Shown in pieces: positions 14,801 through 28,300 of a stretch of DNA of 64,000 nucleotides (the first letter of the stretch is position 1; each line of letters begins with the position of its first letter). The position numbers and the translations under genes were made by a program. The stretch comes from Haplodiscus bocki (Eukaryota): the NCBI GenBank assembly GCA_965655095.1, contig OZ296652.1, positions 112,902,001-112,966,000 on the forward strand. Reading direction: 5' to 3'. The notes under the pieces were generated by a model. The model searched no databases. It was given only the letters and a program-made list of their open reading frames with translations, and was not told the origin of the DNA.

Positions 14801-17800
14801 TCCGAAAAAGACAGCTTTGCTTCTTCAGTGAAGCCGGCAATCAACAAAATCTACCAAACAACAACAATTGGATTAGAAACATTTCGAATTGTTTGCCTCC
14901 CGTCTGAAACCTGATGATCCGACATTGTAGAAGAATTCAGTTTTCGATCACAATCGCCGGTATTGCAACTAATTTTTCTGTAATCTACAGGCTCGCACTC
15001 AATACTCCCGTTATCAATCGGCAGACTTCTACTTTTGGCAGTTGATTAGTCAGCGTTTAAATTCATTTTGTTCTTTGCGTCGGTACATTGCAAATCCAGC
15101 AGTTCCTGAAAAAACTACTGACATTGAAATGCCTCAGATTTTAGACACGTTTTTCTCTCAAATGTTTAGATTGATTTCATCAGTCAAGTTAAAACAACAT
15201 TTTACCAATTACCACCTTTTTTGAAAAAAAAGTGATTGACGTGGTTCCTGTTGTCCGATTCTTGACAGACCAAAAACGTCGAAAAAATGACCAGTAACAT
15301 ATTTCAGTTTCTTATTTTTCATTAACTAGACGCTTGATTTCATTCATTAAAGTCGCAAAGAAATATTCAATTGAAACTTTGTGAATTATGATTTTTTGTG
15401 GTCGAATGTGTGGTAGTCCAAATATCCAAAACGCGAATTTGTTATCGATAAATGAAAATAATCAGTTCAGTTCTACCCCAAATCTGCGGGCTGGCTTCAT
15501 TCAACCGAGCTCTCAACTAAAGCTTTTCCCATCAGAGCCGCTGTTTGATTGTATTTTACCTGACCCTGTTCCTTGCTTGGAAGTCCTGTCAGGCCAGAAC
15601 TCCAGAAAAAAAGCCTTCAAAACTTGCAAAACTTGATGTTCAAACCCAAACTTTTTCTTGTTTACAGGCTGTAATACTTCCATCAGGACTTCAGTTGAAA
15701 TTCATACGCTTGTCAATGACTTTTATTTGAATTTTGTCCTCGTACGGAAGTCTTCATAGAAGTGAATTGTCAAAAACTGTTGATAGCCTGGACATATCTG
15801 GTCTTCCGAGTTCATTTTCATTTATTTTTGCTTCATTTCTTCCACCACGGTCTCAATATTCGTAATTTTTGCTGATGGATAACCATAGAAACGGTTGAAA
15901 ATTTGAATTTAATGTTTTAAATTACAATGTGTTTCCTGAAAAGCCAAAAATAACAAAACATACTGTCAGGAAAGGGTAATTTATATAGTCAAACTCAACC
16001 TTATAGAGGTCAATAGCATTGTTTTGTTGAAATACGTTATCATTTGACGGTTTTATCCTCGTATGTTACTGTCAATATTAAAAAATGCTTGACTTTGTGA
16101 CTCAGATTGGAAAACGATCAGACCGAAAAGCAAAAAAGCACATGGTTTTGTTACTTCTTACGACTCTCGAACTCATAAAATTCAAAGCCATTGGCTTGAA
16201 ACTTTTCATCGAAATCTCCACTCACAACTTTTTTTTGATAACTTGTGTGTCAGTACATGTCAAAAAATGCTAATTTTACGTCTTGCAAAGAATCCTGATA
16301 GTAGAAAAAGGCATACTGCCAATACAATTGATACAACCCAGTTTTCAAAAAAGTTTTTGTCCGAATAATCCGACTTGTTCGAGCAAGTTCGCAATCCAGA
16401 AGCGTTTACTTGTAAAAGCTTTTTGAACAGAAAGCAATCAGTTTTGTGCCACGCGTGAAAAACAATATAGTTCTACATTCCACTGCCAAAAAAAATCAAA
16501 TTGAATCGACAGTTTCCAGTTTTCTAACGTCATTTTTAGAAAAGACAACAGGCCTGATGGCAATCATCTAGTTCACAATGCAAAGTTTTGGTTTTTCACA
16601 AGTTGATGCATTTTAAGTCTTTTCGATTTTCTTTGCGTCCGATTTCTGAGAGTCCAGAAATCCTGAAAAAGCCCTCAAATTTACTTTATCTCGATCTTCC
16701 GAAATATTATTATATATTTTAATAACTACAGGCTTGAATAGTTCCCCCCCCCCTTAATTCAATGTAAAATGATGTAGTGCCTCTGATTCTGTTCCTTGAT
16801 CCTTGCAGGTGAGCTTTGATGGATTTATAGTACCCGAAAGTACTGGTAATTTTCAAACCCATGTGAAGTCGTGTCTTCCTGATTTTATCCTCTCTCGTGG
16901 TATCAATCTTGTTGTCTTCCACATGAAGAAGACTATTCGGGTACGCAAAAACTAAGAAATTTCTTGGCTACATTGAATCGGGGCCCAGAAATTCTAAAAC
17001 TGAAAAAAAAAATAGATCTGCTGGTTTGTCTGGACGTTGAAAAACAACCCTCACGAAAAGCAAATACACTAAATAATCAATCATAGTCTAAATTGACAGT
17101 TCGTTTCTTGTAGTGGCTCCCAGGTTCAAAAGGTACGGCTTTTTTCAATAGAAAAATAATTTTCTTTGTGGAATGTTGAGGGTACAGAAGTCCCAGTTCG
17201 ACTTTAACAAGTTTTTTTCTTCCATTAGGGCGCCATTTATATTGCCGTTGAGTAATCCCAATCCTTTTGTTTTATTACTGGAAGAAGACAGCTTGAATTT
17301 GAAAAAATCTTCTGCCACTACAATAAAATAGAGATCGTGAAAGTCCAAAGCTATCAAAAAAAGACTATCAGTATAACCTTTTTCCATTATCAAAACTCAT
17401 GCTTCTTAAAAACTACGTCTTTGATCCACTCTATGGAGTTTTCAATTCAAGCATCGATAATGGAAGCTGTCTCTGAGGTTGAAAACAGACTTGAATTTGT
17501 TTTTCTTTCGGAATTGTTTTGGTGGACCTAAATTCCTAGAAACGTGTTTCTGAAACTGTTGTTTTAATATTTTTTCTCTTCATGCTTGTAAGTTACAACT
17601 TTGACAACTTCCATCGATTTTATGACCGACAACTTCCCTTCCTTTTGTCAAAAAACATTTTCTGCTAAACTCAGTTCCTGTATACCAATTCATTTTTCTA
17701 GACACATGATTTTCTTGTTCGACGTACCAATTGACAGTTTCTGCTTGTAGTGGATCGGACCTGAATAAGTCAAAAAGATTTCTTTCGCGTTACGAAAAAG

Positions 17801-20277
17801 TTGGTTTAGTTTCAACAAAAGCCAAAAAAATTGACGTAACATGATAGTCAAGAACAATTTTTATAAAAATCTACAGCCTTCAATTCGTTCATCTAGGTCT
17901 ACAGCAACAGTTTGAAATCAGTTTTCATCTTTTGCTGTACGTCTGCTCAACTGAATTTAAGTCAAACTTATCACTTACACGAGAAAGATGATTGCCTTCA
18001 GGTGCCAAAGTGATAGTAGAATTGATGCATCTGAGCCTTCAAGCACGCATTTATCCAAAAAAGACAGCTTTGCTTCTTCAGTGAAGCCGGCAATCAACAA
18101 AATCTACCAAACAACAACAATTGGATTAGAAACATTTCGAATTGTTTGCCTCCCGTCTGAAACCTGATGATCCGACATTGCAGAGGAATTCAGTTTTCGA
18201 TCACAATCGCCGGTATTGCAACTAATTTTTCTGTAATCTACAGGCTCGCACTCAATACTCCCGTTATCAATCGGCAGACTTCTACTTCTGGCAGTTGATT
18301 AGTCAGCGTTTATTTTCATTTTGTTCTTTGACTCGGTACCTCGCAAATCCAGCAGTTCCTGAAAAGACTACTGACATTCAAATGCCTCAGATTTTAGACA
18401 CGTTTTTCTCTCAAATGTTTAGATTGATTTCATCAGTCAAGTTAAAACAACATTTTACCAATTACCACCTTTTTTGAAAAAAAAGTGATTGACGTGGTTC
18501 CTGTTGTCCGATTCTTGACAGACCAAAAACGTCGAAAAAATGACAAGTAACATATTTCAGTTTCTTATTTCTCATTAACTAGACGCTTGATTTCATTCAT
18601 TAAAGTCGCAATGAAAAATTCAATTGAAACTTTTGTGAATTATGATTTTTTGTGGTCGAATGGGTGGTATTCCAAATATCCAAAACGCGAATTTGTTATC
18701 GATAAAAGAAGATAATCAGTTCAGTTCTACCCCAAATCTGCGGGCTGGCTTCATTCAACCGAGCTCTCAACTCAAAGCTTTTTCCATCAGAGCCGCTGTT
18801 TGATTGTATTTTACCTGACCCTGTTCCTTGCTTGGAAGTCCTATCAGGCCAGAACTCCAGAAAAAAAGCCTTCAAAACTTGCAAAACTTGATGTTCAAAC
18901 CCAAACTTTTTCTTGTTTACAGGCTGTAATACTTCCATCAGGACTTCAGTTGAAATTCATACGCTTGTCAATGACTTTTATTTGAATTTTGTCCTCGTAC
19001 GGAAGTCTTCATAGAAGTGAATTGTCAAAAACTGTTGATAGCCTGGACATATCTGGTCTTCCGAGTTCATTTTCATTTATTTTTGCTTCATTTCTTCCAC
19101 CACGGTCTCAATATTCGTAATTTTTGCTGATGGATAACCATAGAAACGGTTGAAAATTTGAATTTAATGTTTTAAATTACAATGTGTTTCCTGAAAAGCC
19201 AAAAATAACAAAACATACTGTCAGGAAAGGGTTATTTATATAGTCAAACTCAATCTTATAGAGGTCAATAGCATTGTATTGTTGAAATACGTTATCATTT
19301 GACGGTTTTATCCTCGTATGTTACTGTCAATATTAAAAAATGCTTGACTTTGTGACTCAGATTGGAAAACGATCAGACCGAAAAGCAAAAAAGCACATGG
19401 TTTTGTTACTTTTTACGACTTTCGAACTCAAAAAATTCAAAGCCATTGGCACGAAACTTTCCATCGAAATCTCCACTCACAACTTTTTTTTTGAAAATTT
19501 GTGTGTCAGTACATGTCAAAAAATGCTAATTTTACGTCTTGCAAATAATCCTGATAGTAGAAAAATCATACTGCCAATACAATTGATACAATCCAGTTTT
19601 CAAAAAAAATTTTGTCCGAATAATCCAACTCGATTTGTTCGAGCAAGTTCGCAATCCAGAAGCGTTTACTTGTAAAAGCTTTTTGAACAGAAGGCAATCA
19701 GTTTTGTGCCACGCGTGATAAACAATATAGTTCTACATTCCACTGCCAAAAAAATCAAATTGAATCGACAGTTTTCAGTTTTCCAACGTCATTTTTAAAA
19801 AAGTCAACAGGCCTGATGGCAATCATCTAGTTCACAATGCAAAGTTTTGGTTTTTTACAAACTGATGCATTTTAAGTCTTTTCGATTTTCTTTGCTTCCG
19901 ATTTCTGAGAGTCCAGAAATCCTGAAAAAGCCCTCAAATTTTCTTTTATCTCGATCTTCCAAAATATAATTATATATTTCAATAACTACAGGCTTGATTA
20001 GTTCCCCCCTTCAATTCAATGTAAAATGATGTAGTGCCTCTGATTCTGTTCCTTGATCCTTGCAGGTGAGCTTTGATGGATTTATAGTACCCGAAAGTAC
20101 TGGTAATTTTCAAACCCATGTGAAGTCGTGTCTTCCTGATTTTATCTCCGTCGTGGTATCAATCTTGTTGTCTTCCACATGAAGAAAAATATTCGGGTAC
20201 GCAAAAACTAAGAAGTTTCTTCGCTACATTGAATCGGGGCCCAGAAATTCTAAAACTGAAAAAAAGTAGATCTGCTG
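11836..20277. repeat. Tandem array of a ~3,252-bp unit (2 full copies plus ~0.6 copy), near-identical
   Basis: gcaaatccagcagttcctgaaaa at 11838, 15090 and 18343 (spacing 3252, 3253). Identical or near-identical ORF-track peptides recur at this period (12295/15545/18800; 12835/16085/19340). Confidence 0.97.
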
Positions 20278-20298
20278 TATATATATATATATATATAT
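20278..20298. repeat. (TA)n microsatellite at contig end
   Basis: 21 nt of alternating TA that interrupts the third 3.25-kb unit and runs into the gap. Confidence 0.95.
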
Positions 20299-20498
20299 NN
20301 NNNNNNNNNNNNNNNNNNNNNNNNNNNNNNNNNNNNNNNNNNNNNNNNNNNNNNNNNNNNNNNNNNNNNNNNNNNNNNNNNNNNNNNNNNNNNNNNNNNN
20401 NNNNNNNNNNNNNNNNNNNNNNNNNNNNNNNNNNNNNNNNNNNNNNNNNNNNNNNNNNNNNNNNNNNNNNNNNNNNNNNNNNNNNNNNNNNNNNNNNN
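20299..20498. other. Assembly gap (200 N)
   Basis: Exactly 200 N; a round size suggests a placeholder scaffolding gap of unknown true length. Confidence 0.98.
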
Positions 20499-20639
20499 TC
20501 TTCCACTAGAGTTTGCTTTCTTTTCGTTTACTACCATGCAACTTTTCTCAATCCTAGTTAGTGCTAAAACTTTTAAAAATCCTAACCCGAAATTCAATCA
20601 AACAAAATAGGCGTGAACAAAAACCTCACGTGGAACGAA

Positions 20640-21788
20640 TAACTAACCAGCAGTATTTTGGAAGCAACAGCACACCACGATGCCGCAGGAAAGGGCCCAT
20701 ATTTTGCCAGCAAAAATTCCACCACAGCGTGAACATCCTCCCCTCCAAACGCATTTGGACTCACTTCCACGCAGAATGAACGTTGGTATAGTGTGACTCA
20801 TGAGCAGCGAAGAAAGCACGATTATGAAAGTCCTCATCGACGCTATCACTGAATCCTGGGAAGACGTCCGACGAGCAAGACACGAGCGTTGAATACTAGA
20901 CACTTCCATTGCTGAGACTTGCTACCACTCCATAAGCATTTCTTTCCAGCACTGGTCCCGACTAAAGACGCCAACACCTGGTTGGAGACACGATAGTCCA
21001 TCACAGTCATTATTACCAGTCAAATATTCTAGCCACCACAACGAAGATGCAAGCTGTAACGACTGGTGCTACTCTCCAGACAACCGAGGGCATCGGTGTT
21101 CTTGGACAGCCACCACACGTACATTAGCACAGACTAAACTCGACAAAAAACAATCACCACCCCATAATCACCTACATTCTTTATACAACCACTCGCACTT
21201 TGGACAAGCAGAGATAGAAAATTAGATTTAAATTTCACAAAAATACACGCATACACAAATAAAAATTGACTAGAATAATTCCGCCATTCATCTGTAACGA
21301 ATCGAGAGTTTTTGTTGATGGCAGGAACTGCTTTACATTTTGCGAATGCAACACAACGTCCTCAAAGCAACCACCATCACAAATTTGCAATGCCATGACA
21401 CTCAGCCAAAATCAAGATGTACTTTTTACCATCTCGATAGCACGCGCAACACTGACTTTAGGCAAGGACTCCATCACGGGCATTGGACGGCCCTTCAACA
21501 TATTCATATGGCGCTCAGTGGCCCGGAGCGTCATTTTCATCCCATTCTCCGTTAAAAAAGGCATATGATAGGCATATCAGAAAACATTAACCCACAACAT
21601 ATGCTTTGTTGCCCGCACGTGCTTCGGGAAGGTAGCAAGACCACGCATGGAGACCTTCAGATCCACGTCACACAAACGACACCGAACATAGCCATCGAGC
21701 ACTACGAAGTATCGGGGAAGCCCAAAGCAGAGTGACACAGGATCATTCCCGTCAAACCAGGACTGCCAAGGGATTCCCAGGCGGCCTA
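20640..21788 (-). pseudogene. Degraded, probably spliced gene with a BED-like C2H2 zinc finger (possible DNA-transposon/hAT-related protein)
   Basis: One minus-strand frame from 21788 to ~21270 with only two stops reads GRLGIPWQSWFDGNDPVSLCFGLPRYFVVLDGYVRCRLCDVDLKVSMRGLATFPKHVRATKHMLWVNVF*YAYHMPFLTENG...; the C-x2-C-x16-H-x5-H motif is at 21601-21681. It is preceded by an acceptor-like tgtgtttcag (21789-21798). A further segment DVHAVVEFLLAKYGPFPAASWCAVASKILL ends at a gttagt donor-like site near 20647. No catalytic domain was recognised. Confidence 0.6.
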
Positions 21789-22304
21789 CTGAAACACAAT
21801 CATTTCATAAAAACAAAAAAAGTTCAATTTTTCTCAAAACGACGGTGACTAGGCCGAAACGCGAGCATGAATTACACTCCCGACTTATTAACCGCACGCT
21901 AGGTTCGACTATTCTCACGCAAGAATTGATATAACGCATGCGCATTGTACCAAAGCTTTTTAAACACTCAACCCATTCGACTTTCGCGACTCGTGCAACA
22001 TCTGGCCCGTTATATTGCGACCAGCAATTATTGTACTGTGGCGCAGACACGACTCTCCTGAATACCTCTTTACTTTGACTGAAATTAAAAGCAAAGTAAA
22101 CGAACTAAAACCACCCGCCATTGAGAAATTGAGTCCTATCCGACAGAAACGCAAACACTAAAACGTAACGACTTGCAATAACCCTATGAATATTGCTAAG
22201 ATGTATAAAACAGTACATGGTCGCATTTAGACAGCGGTAACTTTAAAGAGTGGCTAGGTACTCGCCACTGCTTTCAAACGGCCGCAGTCTGCTGTACATT
22301 GCTG

Positions 22305-25300
22305 GGAATGCAAGTATTCCCTATATAAGGCGAGATATTTAATTAGAAAAAGCTTAGTTTTGGTGCTGAACTCTGATAAATGATAATTTGAATTTGCTAA
22401 GGAACTCCTAGGATGAACGTTCCTGTTATTTTCACAAGTAGTTCCACAAAACAGCCAGTCTATAGAACTCAAGCAAAATCGAATCGACGAATTTTTGCCA
22501 GAACAGGACAATCGGGTGAAAAAATTTCAGATTTTTCTCGTTCCGTCTACACCTTCCAGATTTGAAGATGTTAGACACTTTAGTTGTTATCTACAAGTCT
22601 CGGTTACCAAACCACAAAAATTTTATATGTAGTGCCTATTTCAAAAAATGAGTTAACAGTTTTCGTTCTTCTAGCTGTAAAAGTTATCTGGTTGGAGTCT
22701 CCCGAACGCGTTTTTTTGCGTTGCATGACTGGAGTCTAGAAAAGTCGAGCATAAAGGATTAACTTAATGTCCTTTCCATATTCAAGTACGACTCTGTGCA
22801 AAACTACAGGCATTTTTTGTGAGCCAAGGCCACTTTCTATAGTTCTGTAGCTAACAAGGACTAAATAAGTAGGAAGAGAATGTCCATTGGAACGCGTACC
22901 TCTAGTTGTTTAGTCCATAACTGAGAAATAGATAATAACTCAGCGGCACTGCGGCAAGTCGACCAGTCTAAGTAATACAGAAACGGCCGCAACTGACAAA
23001 ATTTTGCTCTAGCAGATCAATTAGGGGTAAGATATTTGCTTCTCGCGTCTGCACCCTGAAGATCAGAAAGTGCCAAGAACTACAAAAATAACTACAACCC
23101 AAATTATTGCAGTAAAATACCTCGTTGGGTAGATTTGTTGTCATTATGTGAGGTATCAGTGTTTAATTTTGTACCAGTAAAAGTCAATTCAATTGAGTTT
23201 TGTTGAAATTTATTATTTGCGTTGAAACCCTAAAGTCTTGAAAAGATGGATGAAAAAAAATGACTTCAATTTCATCCATATTTTTACACGTCTACCTGAA
23301 GAAATATCGAAAAGGTTTTCAAGAGTCAAGTTGCCGCATGAAAAGTTTCTCCATAAGGAAGAGTATTTATATTTAAAAAGCCTAACTTTGGTGTTGACCT
23401 CTGATAAATGATACTTTGGAATTGCGAAGAAACTTCTTGGATGAATGTTCCTGTTATTTGCACAAGTGGTTCTGCAAAACAGCTAGTCTATTGAACTCAC
23501 GCAAAATCAAATTGACGAGTTTTTGCCAGACCAGTACACTAGTTTAAAAGATGTTCAGATTTTTCTTGTCGCGTCCATACCTTCCAGATTTGAAGGCGCT
23601 AGACACTTTAGTTGTTACCTACAAGTCTCGGTTACCAAACTAAAAAACTTTTATATGTGGTGCCCATTTCAAAAAAAGAGTTATCAGTGTGCGTTCTTCA
23701 AGCTGTATAAGTTAATTGGTTGGAGTCTTCGGAACGCGTTTTTTTTGCGTTGCATGATTGGAGTCCAAAAAAGTTGAGCATAAATGGTTAACTTAATGTT
23801 TTTTCCATTTTCAAGTACGACTCTGTGCAAAACTACAGGCATTTTTTAAGAGCCAAGGCCACTTTGTATCATTCTGTAGCTAACAAGGACTAAATAAGTA
23901 GGAAGAGAATGTCCTTTGGAACGTGTACCTCCAGTTCTATAGTCCATAACTGAGAAGTAGATAATAACTCAGCGGCACTGCGGCAAGTCGACCAGTCTAA
24001 GTAATACAGAAACGGCCGCAACTGACAAAATTTTGCTCTAGCAGATCAATTAGAGTTAAGATTTTTGCTTCTCGCGTCTACACCCTGAAGATTAGAAGGT
24101 GCCAAGAACTACAAAAATAACTACAACCCAAATTATGAAAGTAAAAGACTTCATTGGGTATTTTTGTTGTCATTATGTGAAGTATTAGTGTTCAGTTTTG
24201 TACCAGTAAAAGTCAATTCAATTGAGTTTTGTTGAAAATTAATATTTGCGTTTAAACCCAGAAGTCTCGAAATGATGGAAGAAAAAAACGGACTTCAATT
24301 TCATCAATACACATACACGTCTACATGAAGAAATATCAAGAAGGTTTTCATGAGTCAAGTTGCCGCATGAATAGTTTCTTCATAGGGAGGAAACTTTATA
24401 TTAAAAATGCCTAACTTTGGTGTTGACCTGTGATAATTGATAATTTGGAATTGCGAAGAAATTTCTTGGATGAATGTTTTTGTTATTTGCACAAGTGGTT
24501 CTGCAAAACAGCTAGTCTATTGAACTCACGCAAAATGAAATTGACGAGTTTTTGCCGGACCAGGACACTAGTCTAAAAGAAGTTCAGATTTTTCTTGTTG
24601 CGTCCGTACCTTCCAGATTTGAAGTTGCTAGAAACTTTAGTTGTTACCTACAAGTCTCGGTTACCAAACAACAAAACTTTTATATTTAGTGGCCATTTCA
24701 AAAAATGGGTTATCAGTGTGCGTTCTCCTGGATGTTAAAATAATTTGGTTGGAGTATTTCCGGATTGCGTCTTTTTGCGTTGCATGTCTGGACTCCAGAA
24801 ATGTCGAGCGTATATGATTAACGTAATGTTTATTCCTTATCCAATTATGTCTCTATGCAAAACCACAGTTATTTTCTTGTCAGCCAAGGCAACCTTCTAT
24901 CGTTCTGCAACTAACAGGGACTAAATAGGTAGGAGGAAAATGTCTTTTGGAACGCGCCTCTGAAGTTGTATAGTCCATAATGGAGGAGCAGATAATAACC
25001 CAGAGGTGTTTCTGCAAATCATCCTGTCTAAGTTTTAGAAAAAAAGGTCGCCAATGACAAATTTTTGCTCTACCAGATCAAATAGTTGTAAGATTTTTAC
25101 TCCTCGCGTCTGGACTCCGAAGATCCGAAGCTGTCAAGAAATGCAAAATTAACTACGAGTCCAAATTTATTAGACTAAATTACCTGGTTCAGTAGTTTTC
25201 TTTTCATTATATGAGGTATAAGTGTTCGATTTTCTACCATTAAAAAATAATTCAAGGGAGTTTTGTTGAAATTTGTTATTTGCGCTACAACTCCGAAGTC

Positions 25301-28300
25301 CTGAAATGATGGAAGAAAGAAATTGACTTCAGATTTATCCGTTTTCAAACAACTCTACCTTTTGAAAAATCAAAAAAGTTTTCGTGAGCCAAGTTCGCAC
25401 ATGAACAGCTTCTATATAGGGAGGAATATATAAAAGAAAAAGCTCAAATTTAGTGTTGACCTCTGCTAAAAGATAATTTCAAATTGCGAAGAAACTCCTA
25501 GAATGAAAGTTCTTGTAATTTGCACAAGTGCTTCCGCCAAACAGTTATTCTAAAAAACTGAAGCAGAATCAAATCCACGATTTTTTGCCAAACCAAGACA
25601 AAAGTTTAAAAGAATTTCAAACTTCTTTCGTCGCGTCTATACCTTCCTGATCTGAAGATGCCAGACATTTTAGTTGTTGTCTACAAGTCTCGGTTATCAA
25701 TACTACAACACTTTCGTATGTAGTGCTCTTGTCAAAAAATGAATTATCAGTGTGCGTTCTTCTAGCTGTAAACGTATTTTGGTTGGGGTGCCTCCGGAAT
25801 GCGTTTTCTTGCGTTGCATGCCTGGGTTCCAGAATGTTTGAGCGTATACGAGTAACGTAAATTCTTTTCCATAGCCAAGTACGTCTCTAGGCAAAACTAC
25901 AGGTATTTTCTTGACAGCCAATGTCAGCTTTGACCGTTTTGTACCTAATAAGGTCTAAATAGGTTGGAGGAGAAGGTCTTTTTGAAACTGATCTCTTCGG
26001 TTGTACGGACCAAAACTGAAAAGCAGATTATAGCATTGAGTTATCTTGAAGCTGAAACACATTATTTTGCATATCAATCAGTCTAAGTTATACAAAAAAA
26101 GTTCACAATCGACAAGTTTAGGTTTTTACCCGACTAGGTTAATTGGTTGAAAGCTTTTCTGATTCTTCTCTTCGGGTCTGCGCCCTGAAGATCCGAAGCT
26201 GCCAAAAACTACAATAACTAACTACAATCCAACGATATCAAACTAGATAACTGTTTAGGTAGTTTTCATTTCATTATATGAGGTATCAGTGTGCGCTATT
26301 GTACCTATAGAAGACTCCTCGCTGGAGTTTTGTTGCAATTTTTTTTTGCTGGAGAACCCTGAAAAATTGAACTTCCGAACGAAACTGTTCGACTTAAAAC
26401 TTTATTTTCAATCAAACACGTACATCTGCGAAGCAACCAAAACGTTGTCATCAACCAAGTTCACACCAGATCATTTTCTACACAGTTAGGGCTATTTGAA
26501 CAAAGGAGTTTGATTGTGGTCTTGACATCCGACAAATGGTAACGCTAAAGTGCGAAAGAACTCTCAGGATGATTTCTCTTGTTAATCACACAAATGGTTC
26601 TGCAAAATAGACAGTCTTTATAGTTGAACCAAAGTTGAGTCGACGAGTTTTTGCCGGATCAGGACAATTGGGTCCAAAATTTATTGCTTTTTTTCCTCGC
26701 GTCTGCTTTTTGATTTTCCGAAAAGGTTCAAAACTTTCGATTGTTATCTGCAAACTTCGTTAATCAAATTAAGATACTTCGTTGTAAAGTCTTCAACCAA
26801 CAAATTGAGTTATCAATGTGCTTTCTTCTAACTGTAACAGCCAATTGAGTGAAATTGCTTCGGAGTGTTTTTTCTGCGTTGGATGCCTAGAGTCTCGAAG
26901 TGTCAGACCGATAAAACTGACGTCAGCTTTTTCTCCATATTTAAACCCGTCTGTCTCCAAAATTACCAGTGTGTTGTTGCGTCAGCCAAAGTTACAATCG
27001 ACTGGTTTATAACTTACGAAGACTAATTGATTAGGTGTAAAAGATTTTTTGGACACCTATAAGAAAAATGTGAAGTTTCATCTATATTCAAACATGTCTT
27101 TATGCAAAACAAACGGTAATTTTCCGTCATCCATTGTCAAAGTCGATCAATTTGCATTTGACAAGGACTAATTGAATGGCATGATAATGTCCACTGGAAG
27201 TGGCTTCTGAGATTGTACAGTCCTAAAGTGAAAAGTAGATTAAATCTCGGTTATCTTGTTGCTCTAACACGTATTTTTGCATATCAATCAGTTTAAACTA
27301 TTCAAAAAAATTAGTAATCAACAAAATCTTGCCCGACCAGGTCAATAGGTTATAGGAAAATTTGATTTTTCTTGTGGCATCTGCACCTTGAAGTTCTGAA
27401 GCTGCCAAAAACCACAAAACAAACTACAAGTGCAGAATATCTTACTAAAAAACCTCGTTAGATAGTTTTCAATTCATTAGATGAGGTGTGAGTGTGCGAT
27501 TTTCTACCTGTAAAAGTCATGTCAAAGGAAATGTGTTGGAATGTATTTTCTGCGTTAAAACCCTTAAGCCCTGAAATGATGAGCGAAACTGTTAGACTTC
27601 AAACTTTTCAAACACGTTTATCTGCAAATTAATCAAAAGGTTTTCTTGAGACAAGTTCACACATGAACATTTTCTTTATCAGGAGTACTATTTGAGCAGA
27701 AAGAGCTCGATCTTAGTCTTGACATGTGAGAAATGATAATTCCAAACTGTGAACCAACTCATAGGATTAATGCTGTTGCTATTTGGGCACGTGATTCTTC
27801 GAAACAGCTAGTATATATATATAATTCAGGCAATAACGAATCGACGAGTTTTTGCCATCCAAGGAATATTCAGAACCAAAATTCCTGAATTTTCTCCTGG
27901 CGTCTAAATACTGAGTATCTCAAGCTTCCATAAATTACAACATCTAACTGCCAACCCGGAAAGTCAAAGTAAAAAAGCTCGGTAGTTTAATTTTCTTTTA
28001 ACATATGAGGTAACAGTTTGCGCTTGTCTACGTATGAAAGTCATTTCGCTGAAGTTTTGTTAGATTTTATTGTCTGCGTTAAACCCTTGACCCGTCAAAA
28101 GCCGAAAAAAAAATTTTCATCTAATACTTTATCCATAATCAAACAAGTCTTTCTGCAAAACCACCAAAGACTACAATAACTAACTACCATCCCAAATTAT
28201 CAAACAAAAACACCTCGTAATGTAGTTTTCATTTAATTAAAAGAGGCATTAGTGTAGGCTTTTCTACTTAAAAAAAATCATTTCGCTGGAGTTTTGTTCC

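Noticed and set aside
12191-19675. Repeated short ORFs in the 3.25-kb unit as genes
   Set aside because: Short, overlapping on both strands, frameshifted between copies, with no recognisable motifs.
20159-20597. Three 110-115 aa ORFs in the ORF track
   Set aside because: Artefacts of translating through the N gap.
22249-22306. Small hairpin (agtggc...gccact) and minus-strand CCCAGCAA as a transposon terminus
   Set aside because: The partner end would lie in or beyond the gap, so no TIR or TSD can be demonstrated.
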